A stretch of 61,578 bases of DNA, filler included, from Globobulimina sp. (taxonomy: Eukaryota): assembly GCA_003354225.1 (NCBI GenBank). It is 21 parts of 21 records of this genome, joined end to end, with 100 filler letters (N's around TTAATTAATTAA, not from the genome) between each part and the next. Parts side by side here need not be neighbours in the genome. Positions count along the whole stretch, not along the records: positions 1 to 2,840 come from PIVH01004670.1; positions 2,941 to 5,780 come from PIVH01004671.1; positions 5,881 to 8,719 come from PIVH01004672.1; positions 8,820 to 11,658 come from PIVH01004673.1; 17 more parts are not named here. One strand, 5' to 3'. A model generated the notes under the pieces. The model was not told where the DNA came from, made no database searches, and saw only the letters and a list, made by a program, of their open reading frames with translations. Made by a program: the position numbers and the translations under genes. Positions 1-11,758 of this stretch are shown one piece after another. Every line of letters starts with the position of its first letter. The first letter of the stretch is position 1.

Positions 1-389
1 AATCTCATTAAAATCACCATATAAAACAATGTTTGCATGTTATTATTTGAAATTTTAATACGTTTTATAATACGTTTTCCCGGATCTAATTCATTATTAT
101 TATTCAATTTTGGATGTTATGAATTAATTAAGTAGTAGTGGGGGAACATTCAGCCAGGATCTAAGTCTGGCTCCATACTCACCGATTGCTTGAACATCCC
201 GGCGAGAGAGGTGTTTCTGCTTTGTTTTTTTAGTTAGTAATTTAGCATTTTGTTCCATTCCTTCCGGACCGTCTCTCCCCAGAATTGAACTTTCGTACAA
301 CTTTTCCATCATTTAATTACAATATTTTGCTGTGAATCCAAATGAACGCGACTCCACATAATGAATACAAAGAGTCACGATTCCCAGAC

Positions 390-2434
390 ATGAAATATGT
401 AATAATTACTGGCGGCGTAGTATCCGGATTAGGTAAAGGTATCACCGCCTCCTCAATCGGTTTGCTCTTAAAAGAAGCAGGAATGCGAGTGACCGCAATC
501 AAAATCGATCCATATCTAAACATAGACGCAGGTACCGCTCCATCCATAGCTATTTCCGTTAATCATCAAAACTAAAAAAGCTCCCTCCATCCACAGGCAC
601 AATGTCGCCGTACGAACACGGCGAGGTCTACGTATTGGACGACGGCGGCGAAGTCGACTTAGATTTGGGTAATTACGAAAGATTCCTAGATATCTGCTTG
701 ACGCGCGAGCACAATATAACCACTGGCAAGGTCTATGCGCGTGTGTTGGAAACGGAGCGCCGCGGCGATTATTTGGGGAAAACAGTCCAAATGGTGCCGC
801 ATGTCACCAATTGTATACAGGATTGGATCGAGTGCGTGTCTGTCATCGCCGTGGATGGCAGCGGCCAAATCCCGGACATTTGCATCATAGAGTTAGGCGG
901 CACTGTGGGCGACATTGAATCTATGATTTTCTTAGAAGCCATCCGTCAGTTCAAATTTCGTTGCGGTAATCGCATCTGCCACGTGCACGTTTCCTTGATT
1001 CCTAGCTTAGGCAATGTGGGAGAGTTAAAATCGAAGCCCACGCAACATTCCATGGTGCAGTTGCGTACTACGGGCTTAATCCCGGATATTGTGGTGTTGC
1101 GATGTCATAAAATCGTGCCGCAGAGCATCATTAACAAAGTGTCTCTGTTTTCCATGGTGCCGACGGAGAATATCGTCGGAGTGCACGATGTGAGCAATAT
1201 CTACCAAGTGCCGCAATTATTATTGGAGCAAAACATCCCGCAAATGGTGTTTGAGAAGATGGGAATCAGCGACATCGACCCTGTCAGCATCAATATTGCG
1301 CATTTCAACAAGATTGCCAATAAACTGACCGACGACGAGCTGGCCATCACCAAGACCATAACCATTGGCATTGTGGGCAAATACACCGGTTTGGCCGACT
1401 CCTATTTATCAGTGACAAAAGCATTGCTATCCGCAGCGTTGGAAAGCAATTTGAAGCTACAGATCATTTGGATTGAATCGATGCATTTGGAGACGGTCGA
1501 AATGGACAAAGAAAACACTGCGTACAAGAAAGAGGCGTCGCGTTCGACGGCATCGCCGGAGCGGTCGCCGTCCATCGAAGAGATGAAGGATTCGGTGCAT
1601 AACATCTCTATTTACAGCAATGTGTCGCCTCATAAGCGGTCCAAAGCGGCGGAGTACAATCATGCATGGAACAAATTGAAGTCCGTGGACGGCATATTGA
1701 TACCTGGCGGCTTCGGCGACCGTGGCATTGAGGGCAAGATATTGGCGGTGAGCTATGCCAGGAATAATAAGATCCCGTTTCTCGGCATCTGTTTGGGAAT
1801 GCAAATGGCGGTGATTGAGTTCTGTCGCAATGTGTTGAAGTTGCGAGATGCGAACAGCACGGAATTCGACGCGCAGACTGGCAATCCGTGCGTTATATTT
1901 ATGCCTGAAGGAAGTAAGGAGAGTATGGGCGGAACCATGCGATTAGGTTCGCGGCGTTGTAACTTATCGGAGCACTCTGTGGCGAAGTACTTGTATGGCG
2001 GTAAGCCGGTGGTGTATGAACGGCATAGGCATCGCTACGAAGTGAATCCGAAAATGGCGGAGCAAATTGAAGAGAATGGATTGCTGTTTACAGGGAAAGA
2101 TGAGAAGTTTGAAAGGATGGAGATTATCGAGTTGCCATTGGACAAACATCCGTTCTTTTTTGGCTGTCAGTTCCATCCGGAATTTCAATCGGGCCCATTG
2201 CGGCCATCTCCGCCGTTTAAAGGATTGATATTGGCGGCGTCAGGCTTGTTGTATAAGGAGGCGGAGTTTATAAAACAGTTTGGCTGTGTCGCCATGCAGT
2301 CGCCCAAGAAATTTATGAATTTTCCATATGGTAAAGGGAAAGGAAAAGCTAGTGCTGACAATTCAAAAATTGTACCAATTATTGTTGATCTTTTGCATAA
2401 ATTTGATATGAATGGTGGTGATGATAATCAATGA
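390..2434 (+). CDS. CTPS: CTP synthase, 2 exons (390-531, 597-2434)
   Basis: [17 protein letters not shown] start. The GT-AG intron 532-596 restores [12 protein letters not shown]. GATase motifs GICLGMQ and QFHPE. Confidence 0.97.
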
Positions 2435-2527
2435 TATATTTTTTTTTCAATATTTAATCTTTTGCATGCATGACGTTATCTGATTTATCGATTTTTGCGT
2501 AGAAACTTTGTTGAAATGTTGTCACAT

Positions 2528-2724
2528 TAGGGATGACTAGCTCACTTGAAGAAAATCTTAATATCAGGGTTCTCACCTCATAGACGACAAGTTTTTACCT
2601 TTATTGCATAGATTTGTCTCTTCTTTCATATGCTAGAATCCTGTGAAAATCTATCCTTGCACTGTCGTCTATGAGGTGAGAACCCTGATATTAAGATTTT
2701 CTTGAAGTGAGCTAGTCATCATTA
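2528..2724. mobile_element. MITE-like / foldback element with long terminal inverted repeats
   Basis: 2532-2589 and 2663-2720 are 58-bp inverted repeats with 1 mismatch around a 73-bp spacer. The left end TAGGGATGA resembles hAT (Ac) termini. No clear 8-bp target duplication. Confidence 0.7.
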
Positions 2725-2840
2725 ACTACAAATTCTAGAAGAACATATAGTTGTACTAATATATTTATAGAATGGAGCACATGTCACGCATTTTTTTACT
2801 AATATATAATATATATATTATTACTAATATATATATTATA

Positions 2841-2940
2841 NNNNNNNNNNNNNNNNNNNNNNNNNNNNNNNNNNNNNNNNNNNNTTAATTAATTAANNNN
2901 NNNNNNNNNNNNNNNNNNNNNNNNNNNNNNNNNNNNNNNN
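2841..2940. other. Artificial contig spacer (N44-TTAATTAATTAA-N44), first of 20
   Basis: Identical 100-bp spacers start at 2841, 5781, 8720, 11659, 14597, 17535, 20473, 23411, 26349, 29286, 32223, 35160, 38096, 41032, 43968, 46904, 49840, 52775, 55710 and 58645. The linker has stops in all six frames. Contig lengths never increase, falling from 2840 to 2834. Confidence 0.99.
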
Positions 2941-3643
2941 AATTTAAAATCGGAAGATACGTATAAGCAAAATAACATTCAATCACTTCATTTGGATGTT
3001 GATGACCAAATCGATGTGACTCGAATTTAGTATTAATACTTTGTGACATTTGTCCAAAATATGTTGAATCATCATTACTATCTATAACACAATCTAACTC
3101 TGTTATATTTTCGAATCGATCAAAATGATAATGAATTAAATTGAGAGCATCATAATTTTCAAACCATGCTGTTTCTGTGTTACCCGTCAAATCAATATAC
3201 ATTGATCTGTAAAATGGTGCATGATATTCCATCCATTTGTGTATCCATAAATGATCATTTTTAATTAAATATTTTGTTGATGCTTTGGATAATAGGCTTT
3301 TTGCAATGAAACGATTTGTTTTTTCAAAATTTATTCGATTTTGTAAAGTTAAATGAGTACCAATATATTGTATAATAGCTGATGACAATCTGCATATATC
3401 GATGGTTTCTTTTTTTTCTGATAATTGATCTGGTTTTCTTGAATCAATGATATCGTTGACTATGTCATATGTATTGTTAACATCTTCTATATCGTCACCT
3501 TTATGTAATCCATCGAAAATAATTTGCAAAAATGTTGTTCTGTCAATGTTTTTAATAAATCTCCGTTTGAATAAACGAAATTCTTTTCCCGATAATTCGT
3601 CGATCAATCCGTGGACCACCAAAAGTTTTGAAAGTACATCCAT
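2941..3643 (-). CDS. Hypothetical protein with F-box-like segment, 3' truncated
   Basis: Open frame runs to the contig edge. ICRLSSAIIQYIGTHL...FEKTNR resembles a degenerate F-box. Confidence 0.45.
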
Positions 3644-3742
3644 GGAATTGATGGTTTTCTTATGGAATTGACTCCAAATCCTTCAACACTACGCACAAAA
3701 ATATTAATCATCATCAATTATACCTTTTTCCAAAGAGACAAT

Positions 3743-4621
3743 TTAAACATAAAATATTGCCACAATTAAAGTACAAAAAAAAACTGGATTATTGGGGAAA
3801 ATATCAACATCATCGCTAAATGTATCATCAACAATGTTTGGACAAACTAATTCAATGTATCTATTCCATTGGCAATTATCATTAATAATGCTATCATGGG
3901 GTAATATTTGTCTTATTTCTTGCGAGCATTTGTCATCCTCATAAAAATAGGTTGTATATTCACCACCATCCACACTACATTGAGAACCAATATACCACGA
4001 TTCATTCCAATGTGTTTGCAAGCATACATTATCCACATAGTACCGTGTACCAACTTGTTGATCTTTGACACATTCTGATTCAGTGCCTGTATAATTATAT
4101 ACGTTCGCATAAACGGTACAATTATGCCCATCACAGCGATGTGGTAATACGCCATCAGTATCATTATATGTCCATGTTGATATATTATATGCTTCCGCAG
4201 AATCGCAATATTGTGTTCCATAAAATAATTCCTTTTGCAAATAATATGAATTACCACTTTGTAAACATTTAAAGATATACGAAAATGGAAATGGTGCCAT
4301 GCCGCTGTACTCATCAATTGGTGCCATGTCGTAACCAAAACACTCATCAATTGGTTCAGGATAACTATTGCTTCCAACTATGCGCTGTTCAAAACATTCT
4401 TCCGTTATGTTACCAAACTCTGTTTCTACATCATAAGTGTTACTACAATCCAACCACCAAATAGAAATGCCTGGGAAATCAAATGCAAAATTACATTTAT
4501 ACGTTGATGAGAATGAGTATGTTGGACATATTGATGAGAATATGATTAATAGTACGCACCACGAATACGACATGGTAGTGATGGTACAGAAGTGGAGTAG
4601 TGATACAAGGATAATTTGCAT
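3743..4621 (-). CDS. Secreted or GPI-anchored Cys-rich surface protein
   Basis: N-terminal hydrophobic signal, many Cys, N-glycosylation sequons, hydrophobic C-terminus. Confidence 0.65.
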   Translation of the reverse strand: MQIILVSLLHFCTITTMSYSWCVLLIIFSSICPTYSFSSTYKCNFAFDFPGISIWWLDCSNTYDVETEFGNITEECFEQRIVGSNSYPEPIDECFGYDMAPIDEYSGMAPFPFSYIFKCLQSGNSYYLQKELFYGTQYCDSAEAYNISTWTYNDTDGVLPHRCDGHNCTVYANVYNYTGTESECVKDQQVGTRYYVDNVCLQTHWNESWYIGSQCSVDGGEYTTYFYEDDKCSQEIRQILPHDSIINDNCQWNRYIELVCPNIVDDTFSDDVDIFPNNPVFFCTLIVAIFYV

Positions 4622-4694
4622 GGTTGAATGACAGAGTATAGCATTAGTTAGTAAATTACATTGAGTTTGTGTTAATTAATTCAATTAATTTTGC

Positions 4695-5375
4695 CTAATT
4701 GTTCAAAATTCGTATTATTTCCAAAGTATCATTGTCAGTGATCCCAACAAATCCGTCTGTTTGAACGAAATGCCCAGTCATAATCTGTTTATCCGTTTCA
4801 CTCCGATCCAAGCACATATCATCCACAGCACACCATGTTTTAACTACATATTTGGCATCAATGGATTTCAAATACTTATCAATTTCAAACGTCCGTTGTG
4901 ATATATCACCATTTGAACCCACTCCACACTCAATAGGCGTATCTCCAATATAAACATCATTCCATTTAATCCCTTTTTTAATGAATTCCTTTTGAATTTT
5001 GCTTTTTAACTCAATGTCTCGTCTCCATGCTGTAGATAACACAATTTTGCATCCTGTTTTTTGTAATATACGCTTTAAACGATCCACATGATATGCTCTG
5101 AATAGTTGAATGATTTTACCATTCATGTAAGCCCATCTATTTTCAAATAAATCTTCAGAACCATTCATAACACCATCTATATCTAAAAATAATATCTTGA
5201 TTGCTTCTTTCTTTTGCAGTATAGCTACCACATTGTTGTCATTCTTTTTTTCATCGTCTTTAATATCAACTTTGTCATTTTTATTTTCTTTTTGTGGTTT
5301 ATTCTGTTGATCATCATTTGAAATGATCTCCAATTTCGTTTCTGTATTGTTTTTGTTTTCTGGCTCAGCTGCCAT
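4695..5375 (-). CDS. HAD-superfamily hydrolase, HAD_SAK_2 (Swiss Army Knife RNA-repair-like) type
   Basis: Motifs ILFLDIDGVMN, IVLSTAWR and WCAVDD. Confidence 0.8.
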   Translation of the reverse strand: MAAEPENKNNTETKLEIISNDDQQNKPQKENKNDKVDIKDDEKKNDNNVVAILQKKEAIKILFLDIDGVMNGSEDLFENRWAYMNGKIIQLFRAYHVDRLKRILQKTGCKIVLSTAWRRDIELKSKIQKEFIKKGIKWNDVYIGDTPIECGVGSNGDISQRTFEIDKYLKSIDAKYVVKTWCAVDDMCLDRSETDKQIMTGHFVQTDGFVGITDNDTLEIIRILNN

Positions 5376-5880
5376 GTTTTAAAAACAGCTTAAATAAATC
5401 TTTCTGTTCGCGTTGGTTAAAATAACAGAAAATTAGTTCTGTGTAATTTTGTATATACACAAATTTACACGGATTGGCTATTTTATTCATGGATAGAGCC
5501 ATATATACGTTAGGTGTAAAACAGAGAAACGTTTTTTTTGTCGATCCATTTGATACGGATTGCTTAATTGTAATATACAAACATGTATAAATTAAAAAAT
5601 AGCAACAAGTTTCTTACGGCAACAATGGAGGTGGCAAACAGTTAAAATTATTCCCGTTTCCTCTCAGTTTTTTGCCTGGCGGTTCCTTTGTATTTATATC
5701 CATATTCACATTCCCATTAAAACTGCCACCACCAAATGAAATCTTCCGTTTTTTACATAACTTATTTTTCTCTTTGCAAANNNNNNNNNNNNNNNNNNNN
5801 NNNNNNNNNNNNNNNNNNNNNNNNTTAATTAATTAANNNNNNNNNNNNNNNNNNNNNNNNNNNNNNNNNNNNNNNNNNNN

Positions 5881-8719
5881 GCGTTTAGAAGCCTCCTATC
5901 AACAACAGTTAATCGCCTTTCTGTGACTTTTGCGTGTTTTGATTCTTCATTATTTACCATCATATTGGTAATATGTAACATTTTAAGCATTTGATAACCA
6001 TAAACGGCAAATGATATTGTTGATAAAGTCATTATTAAACACCAACAAATTTCACCCACTGCGATTATACTATTTGTATATTTTGTGTTATTGATTGATT
6101 TAAATATTATCAATAAAAACATAATTAATAAATAAATAATCGCTACAATTAATGTGGACCATTTTAAGCTTCCTTTAAATCGTTTTATTTTATCTGATGC
6201 GGTCATTGAATGACCGATGCTGATCCAAGAACCAATAACCAATGAAAACATATGATAATACAACACCAATGGCAATAATAAAAGAATAGTTAATGTTGCT
6301 ACATACATATTATTCCCAGGAATAAAAAAATACGTCAAAATACATGTTAATATTTGTATGAACGTTACCATTGCAGCAAATATCATTACTTTAACTCCAC
6401 TGTATTTAAAAATATTTTTAATTCCTAAATATTTAAGCATTAATAACTTGGATAAAATCCAGATTCCAAGAAATGTAAATAACGAAACAAATATTAACAT
6501 GGAAGATAGTAACACATTATTATTATCTATAATTTTCAATGGATTACAGTCGGAATCATGATGTAAATTTGATATCGTTGCAAATGTCGTTAAATGCGTG
6601 CAACGACAAATTATAAAATCTTCATCAGTTTGCGTGGAACAACCGGTGGAATCCCAAATCTCTAATTCTATGTTATACCAAACACAAACAACACCATCAT
6701 CATATTCACCATTATCAGAGACATGGAATTTCATTGTGACATTTGTAATATTACCCGTTTCATTTATAATGGTGACTGATACTTCATTTCCATCTAAATA
6801 ACCGCCTGAATGCGATAAACAATCATTTGAACCAACAAAACTTACATTACTCTGCGGAGCAACGCTTATTCCAAAAATTACGACATCTTTAATTTCACCA
6901 TCATTATCATTCAAAATAACTTCAACTTCATTTATAACCGTATCAATTACGGATGAATCATCTCTTATGGTAAATATTTGAAAATTTTCTAATGTTATGT
7001 TGACAAACTCGGTTGGAATGGTCGTTGATATGCTCCCCAAACCACTTACATATAGTACTTTTTCTAAAAAAATAATTATTTCTTCCTCTAAAATTGTTGA
7101 TAAACTTGATATGGAAGAACAAGTCGACAAAAAATCAACATAGACATTAATTAGATCGTATAATAAATATAAATTATTACTGTTTGTCAATAAAATCGAT
7201 AAATCTTTTGTAATGTCAATATTGTTATATAATATAATTATTTTATTGGTAAGAACTGATTCTTGCGATATATGTAAATTATGTGTCTGTAATATAATAT
7301 CTTGAATAGTGTGACATGGATCAAGTATTTGCGTCAATAAATCATAAATTACCTCAAAAAAATTAACATTTTCATCTTGATTAAAGAAATTATTTTCAAT
7401 TCCAACATAAAGCCATTTTGTTAATGTTTGTGATAATCCAATCACAAAATAATAATTTGTAAAAAACTCAGATATTGAAGAATTAAAATAGTAATTCAAA
7501 ACATTTATAATTTCTCTAAAATGATTATATTTGCAATCAATATGTTGAATGCTTGTAAAATAATCCAATAAATTGAATGAGCTTTGAAAAATATAACGAT
7601 TTATCTGCGAATTTGACAATAAATTGTCTTTATTATTAGTACTAAAATACATATCAATAACGTCAGTATACGAGAAACAGTTATGACTATCATCCAAAAT
7701 TAATATATTTGTGCAACAATTAATTGATTCAGAGACTGCAGCACCTTTATTATCAATAACATTGGTAACAACAGAGAAATTACAATAAATTGGCAATACA
7801 ACATTTGTGAAAGAAGATTGAGTCAGCGGACGGGAATGCAAATATACTTTGTTTTCATTTAATAATAAACTAAATTCATACATCAATGGACGATAATCAC
7901 CGTCAGCAGATACGTATAAATCAAACCGATAAAACAAAGAATCAATAAAATAATTAAATTCATGATAACAAATTGCGGGATCAATAAATAAACCATTTTC
8001 TGTTATAATTGGACCAGATTTAACATAAATTAATATTGACGAACTTCCTAAAGATATATCATTATTATTATTTGCATAAACATTTAAAATAAATTCATAA
8101 TTTGTTCCTGCTGTTAATGTGTTTGAATTTAAAATTAAGTATTTCGCATTTTTTTCATTAATTTGATACATTTCAATCTCAGAAATACTCAATAAACTAT
8201 TTATTGTGCTCCACTCGTAAAATAAATGATTATCATTTGTTATTTCTGTTCCATTCATATATGATACAAAACCGATTAATCTTAATTTATCATCAGAATT
8301 TATTGCGTTTGCTGTGGCAGATAAAGATACAATAAATCCATCAATATTATCATTGACAATGTTTAATTGCACAGTAATTGCGTTTGAACACAAATCCCGA
8401 GAAGCAACATTTTTATCAGATACAGATAACATAAATTCATAAGTGTAACTATTATCGATTGCAAATATTTCATTTGCAAATGATATATACGGTTTGGACT
8501 CATTGGACGATATGGAGGATGAAAATACATTGGAACAATCCGGTTGATTGTTGCGTACACAACGCCATGCAAAGTTTAACTGATTGCCATCTGGATCATA
8601 AGTCCACGAATCCCCATCTAATTGCAATGATAAATCGTTTACATTTGATATTGATACAGTTAATATTTTGTTTCCGCCCGCTATTTGACATACTATTGCT
8701 GAATATTGATATGATATTA
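5881..8719 (-). CDS. REJ-domain, GAIN/GPS, multi-TM receptor (polycystin-1 / adhesion-GPCR-like), partial
   Basis: REJ-like LDGDSWTYDPD..FAWRC. GPS motif CVWYN..WDSTGC..CRCTHLTTFA followed by at least 5 hydrophobic helices. Truncated by both contig edges. Confidence 0.85.
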
Positions 8720-9318
8720 NNNNNNNNNNNNNNNNNNNNNNNNNNNNNNNNNNNNNNNNNNNNTTAATTAATTAANNNNNNNNNNNNNNNNNNNNNNNNN
8801 NNNNNNNNNNNNNNNNNNNAACCAATTACGATGCAAACTATTCAATAATTCTTTAGCTTTATTACATTCATCAGTAGTACAAATGGTTTTGATTGCCGAA
8901 TAATTGCCAACAATGCGTTCAAATCATCCAAAACTGGTTTAATATATTACTTTGTATTGCGAACCATAAATTAGATGATACTTTGTATAAATGATTACAT
9001 ACTTTGAATATATTACTTTGTATAAATTAGATATGCTTCTTTTATTTCATTTTTAGTCCACAATATGCTTTTTTCTATTCGTTGTCTTTTGCTGTCAGTT
9101 TTGTATATATGTTGAACATACTATTTGTTAACCCTCAAATTATACATTTGATTCCGCCTTTCCGAATGTGTTATTAATCGTATATTATAGTTTCTATATG
9201 CCCAAACTGCAGATCTGCGCTGTTTATGCTGTTTATTTAATTATGGCATTCAATAATGTCAAAGTAAACGAGATTAGAAAACTTTGTAACTGTGAAAAGT
9301 GAACAAAAAACAAAAAAA

Positions 9319-10559
9319 TTAGCGAAAACTTCTAGATTTCTTGCTCGATCGATACTTTTTATTTCTATCTCTATCTCTGTGTCTGCGTCGATCTCTATCT
9401 CTCGAACGCGACCTACTTCTGACCGGTGATGGTGATGGTGATCGAGACCACGACCGTGTCCGTGACTGTTTATCCTTACACTTATCCACTTTGACAGTCC
9501 TGAAACTTTTATTCACTTTGCTTTTCCCTCGGCCTCGCCTTGAAAATCCAAATAATTCCGATTCAATATCATTCATCTCATTCTCTTCCTGCTCCTCTTG
9601 CATTTTCTCCTTATCCTCATTCCAATCCATATCCTCAGCATCTGCACCATCCACAACATCATCTCCATCATATCCATCCTCATCAACCACATCCGCTTTC
9701 ATCTTAACTCCGATGACATTCCCTTCAAACTCCGTATTGTCAAACCATTGAATGGCAAACGGCGCAGTCTGTGGATCCTCATAAACCAACCTGGCACTCA
9801 CATTATCATCACTTAATCGAATGTCATAATTATGTTTACTCCGTGATTTCCGCCGATGATAATCTCGTTTTATTCTACCAATCTGACCAAACAACTGTGC
9901 AATTTTATTAATTAAATCGTTTTCATCCATATCCATTCCATTTATATCGGGCAAATTGGAAATATATACATTATAATCTCGGACTTTATCATTTCTATTT
10001 TTATTTTTAGAATTATGGCCTTTATATTTTCTGCTTTTTGATTGTAACCGTTTTCGGGTTTCTTCGTCGATCTCATTATAACCACCACCTTTTCCGGTGC
10101 GTTTTTCTGCAGCGCCTCCGGCTGGTTTTGGTGTGCTGCATTTATTGCAATGTTGGCGCCAATCCCAATTAATATTGGAGCACATAGGACAGCACCAATC
10201 TGATTCTTTAAACCTTCCACCTAACTTTTTTTTCCATTTATCTGGGCATTCTTTGGAGATATGTCCGTATTCACCGCATTCGTAACATTTTTTATTCGAC
10301 GATTGCTGTTCAGATAGTTTTTTCTTATCCGATTCATCAACGCGATCTTCGTACAGTTCCGAAGTGTCGTAAGTTACGGGACGACCGGATTGAATTTGTT
10401 CTAACCAAATTGGCAATTTCTAAAATAAGCATTTTTGTTTGTTTTTTGTTTGTAATGTGTAAATTAATGTAACTTCATTTTAGCAACCTTTACTGTGCTT
10501 GGTTTAGAGTCTTGATGGTCTGGCGATTCATTCAATAAGTTTCGTAAATACGAAGACAT
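9319..10559 (-). CDS. RNA-binding protein: CCHC knuckle, RanBP2 zinc finger, FET-type RRM, RS tail (2 exons: 10559-10488, 10419-9319)
   Basis: CYECGEYGHISKEC; DWCCPMCSNINWDWRQHCNKC followed by ZRANB2-like RTGKGGGYNE; RRM with YEDP..A..AIQWFD; RS/RD tail. The in-frame GT-AG intron 10487-10420 joins an upstream ATG. Confidence 0.85.
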
Positions 10560-10586
10560 TACTTCAAAGTAAGTTTTTTTTCTTTA

Positions 10587-10708
10587 ATGTCGCTCAAATC
10601 AACATTATTACACAATAATTCTGGCTCAAAGCCTCAAGAAGCATCCGATGATGATATAAAAGACAAAGATGCAGTATTGGATGAAGCAACGATATCAAAT
10701 TCACAGAA

Positions 10709-10739
<31 letters not shown>

Positions 10740-11480
10740 AACAATGTAAGTCTATCACTGTCATCAACAAAAGAAAAGATGGATTATACGCGAAGATTGT
10801 GTTTTTATTCGCAAGTAGGACATATTGACAGTGGTAACACTGATAAATCGCCAGAATCTGCATTGCATATAATATTACCAAATGGCAATATATGCTTAGG
10901 ATATTCAGTGGGACATTGCATTGACGATTCAATGGATATCGTTGACGGAGATGTGTGGTTATATCGACCCCAAAATTATGCGCCCTCAAAGATATTTTAT
11001 TTGTGTTTGGCATTAACTGTGATATTCGTACTTGATATCATTTTTATATTATTAATATTGTTTGACAAAGAGAATAAAATGCATTTTAATTTGAATTATA
11101 ATGGGGGCAATAACACATTTGTGATTCTCTATTATTTTGTTTTATTACTCTCAATTATCGGATCTTGTCTTTGTATTTGGATGTCATATTTAAAGGTATT
11201 ATGCATATTTTATTGTGGGTTACTGACAGATTTAATATTCAGTTTATTTTGGATGGAACATCATATTCAATTTATCCATTGGACCTTAACTATTTTTAGT
11301 TGTTATTTATTGGCAAAATATTTGACTCACTCGTTTGGGAAATGGAATTTTTTACAAAGCCAGACGAGATTGGATGAATTAGAACAATTACAGTTAAGTC
11401 AAATTAAATTAAATCAAATATTGTTTCTTTATTCGGATAAATTAATATATTTTCAACACAGTCGAGAAGGCAGGTTTTAA
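10587..11480 (+). CDS. Hypothetical membrane protein, about 4 TM
   Basis: 297-aa ORF with an acidic ES-repeat N-terminus and four hydrophobic segments. Confidence 0.65.
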
Positions 11481-11758
11481 TTTAATCACAACCGTATCAA
11501 CAAACTAAATGTATTAAATTCAGGAAGGAAAATAGGTTGATAATAAAATGTTAAAGGTAACATTTAACTTTTTGCTTTTCAGTTTGAAATTACTGTTTTT
11601 ACTGTAAACTCTTTGAATTTACAGTTTTTTACAGATTATTCAAAATAAAAACATTGAANNNNNNNNNNNNNNNNNNNNNNNNNNNNNNNNNNNNNNNNNN
11701 NNTTAATTAATTAANNNNNNNNNNNNNNNNNNNNNNNNNNNNNNNNNNNNNNNNNNNN

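Noticed and set aside
686..2188. Antisense ORFs over CTP synthase, and similar short shadow ORFs elsewhere
   Set aside because: They overlap well-supported genes on the other strand or frame and have no recognisable motifs.
8820..9250. Possible decayed gene on the minus strand with a local duplication
   Set aside because: Multiple stops and no recognisable family, so it cannot be supported.
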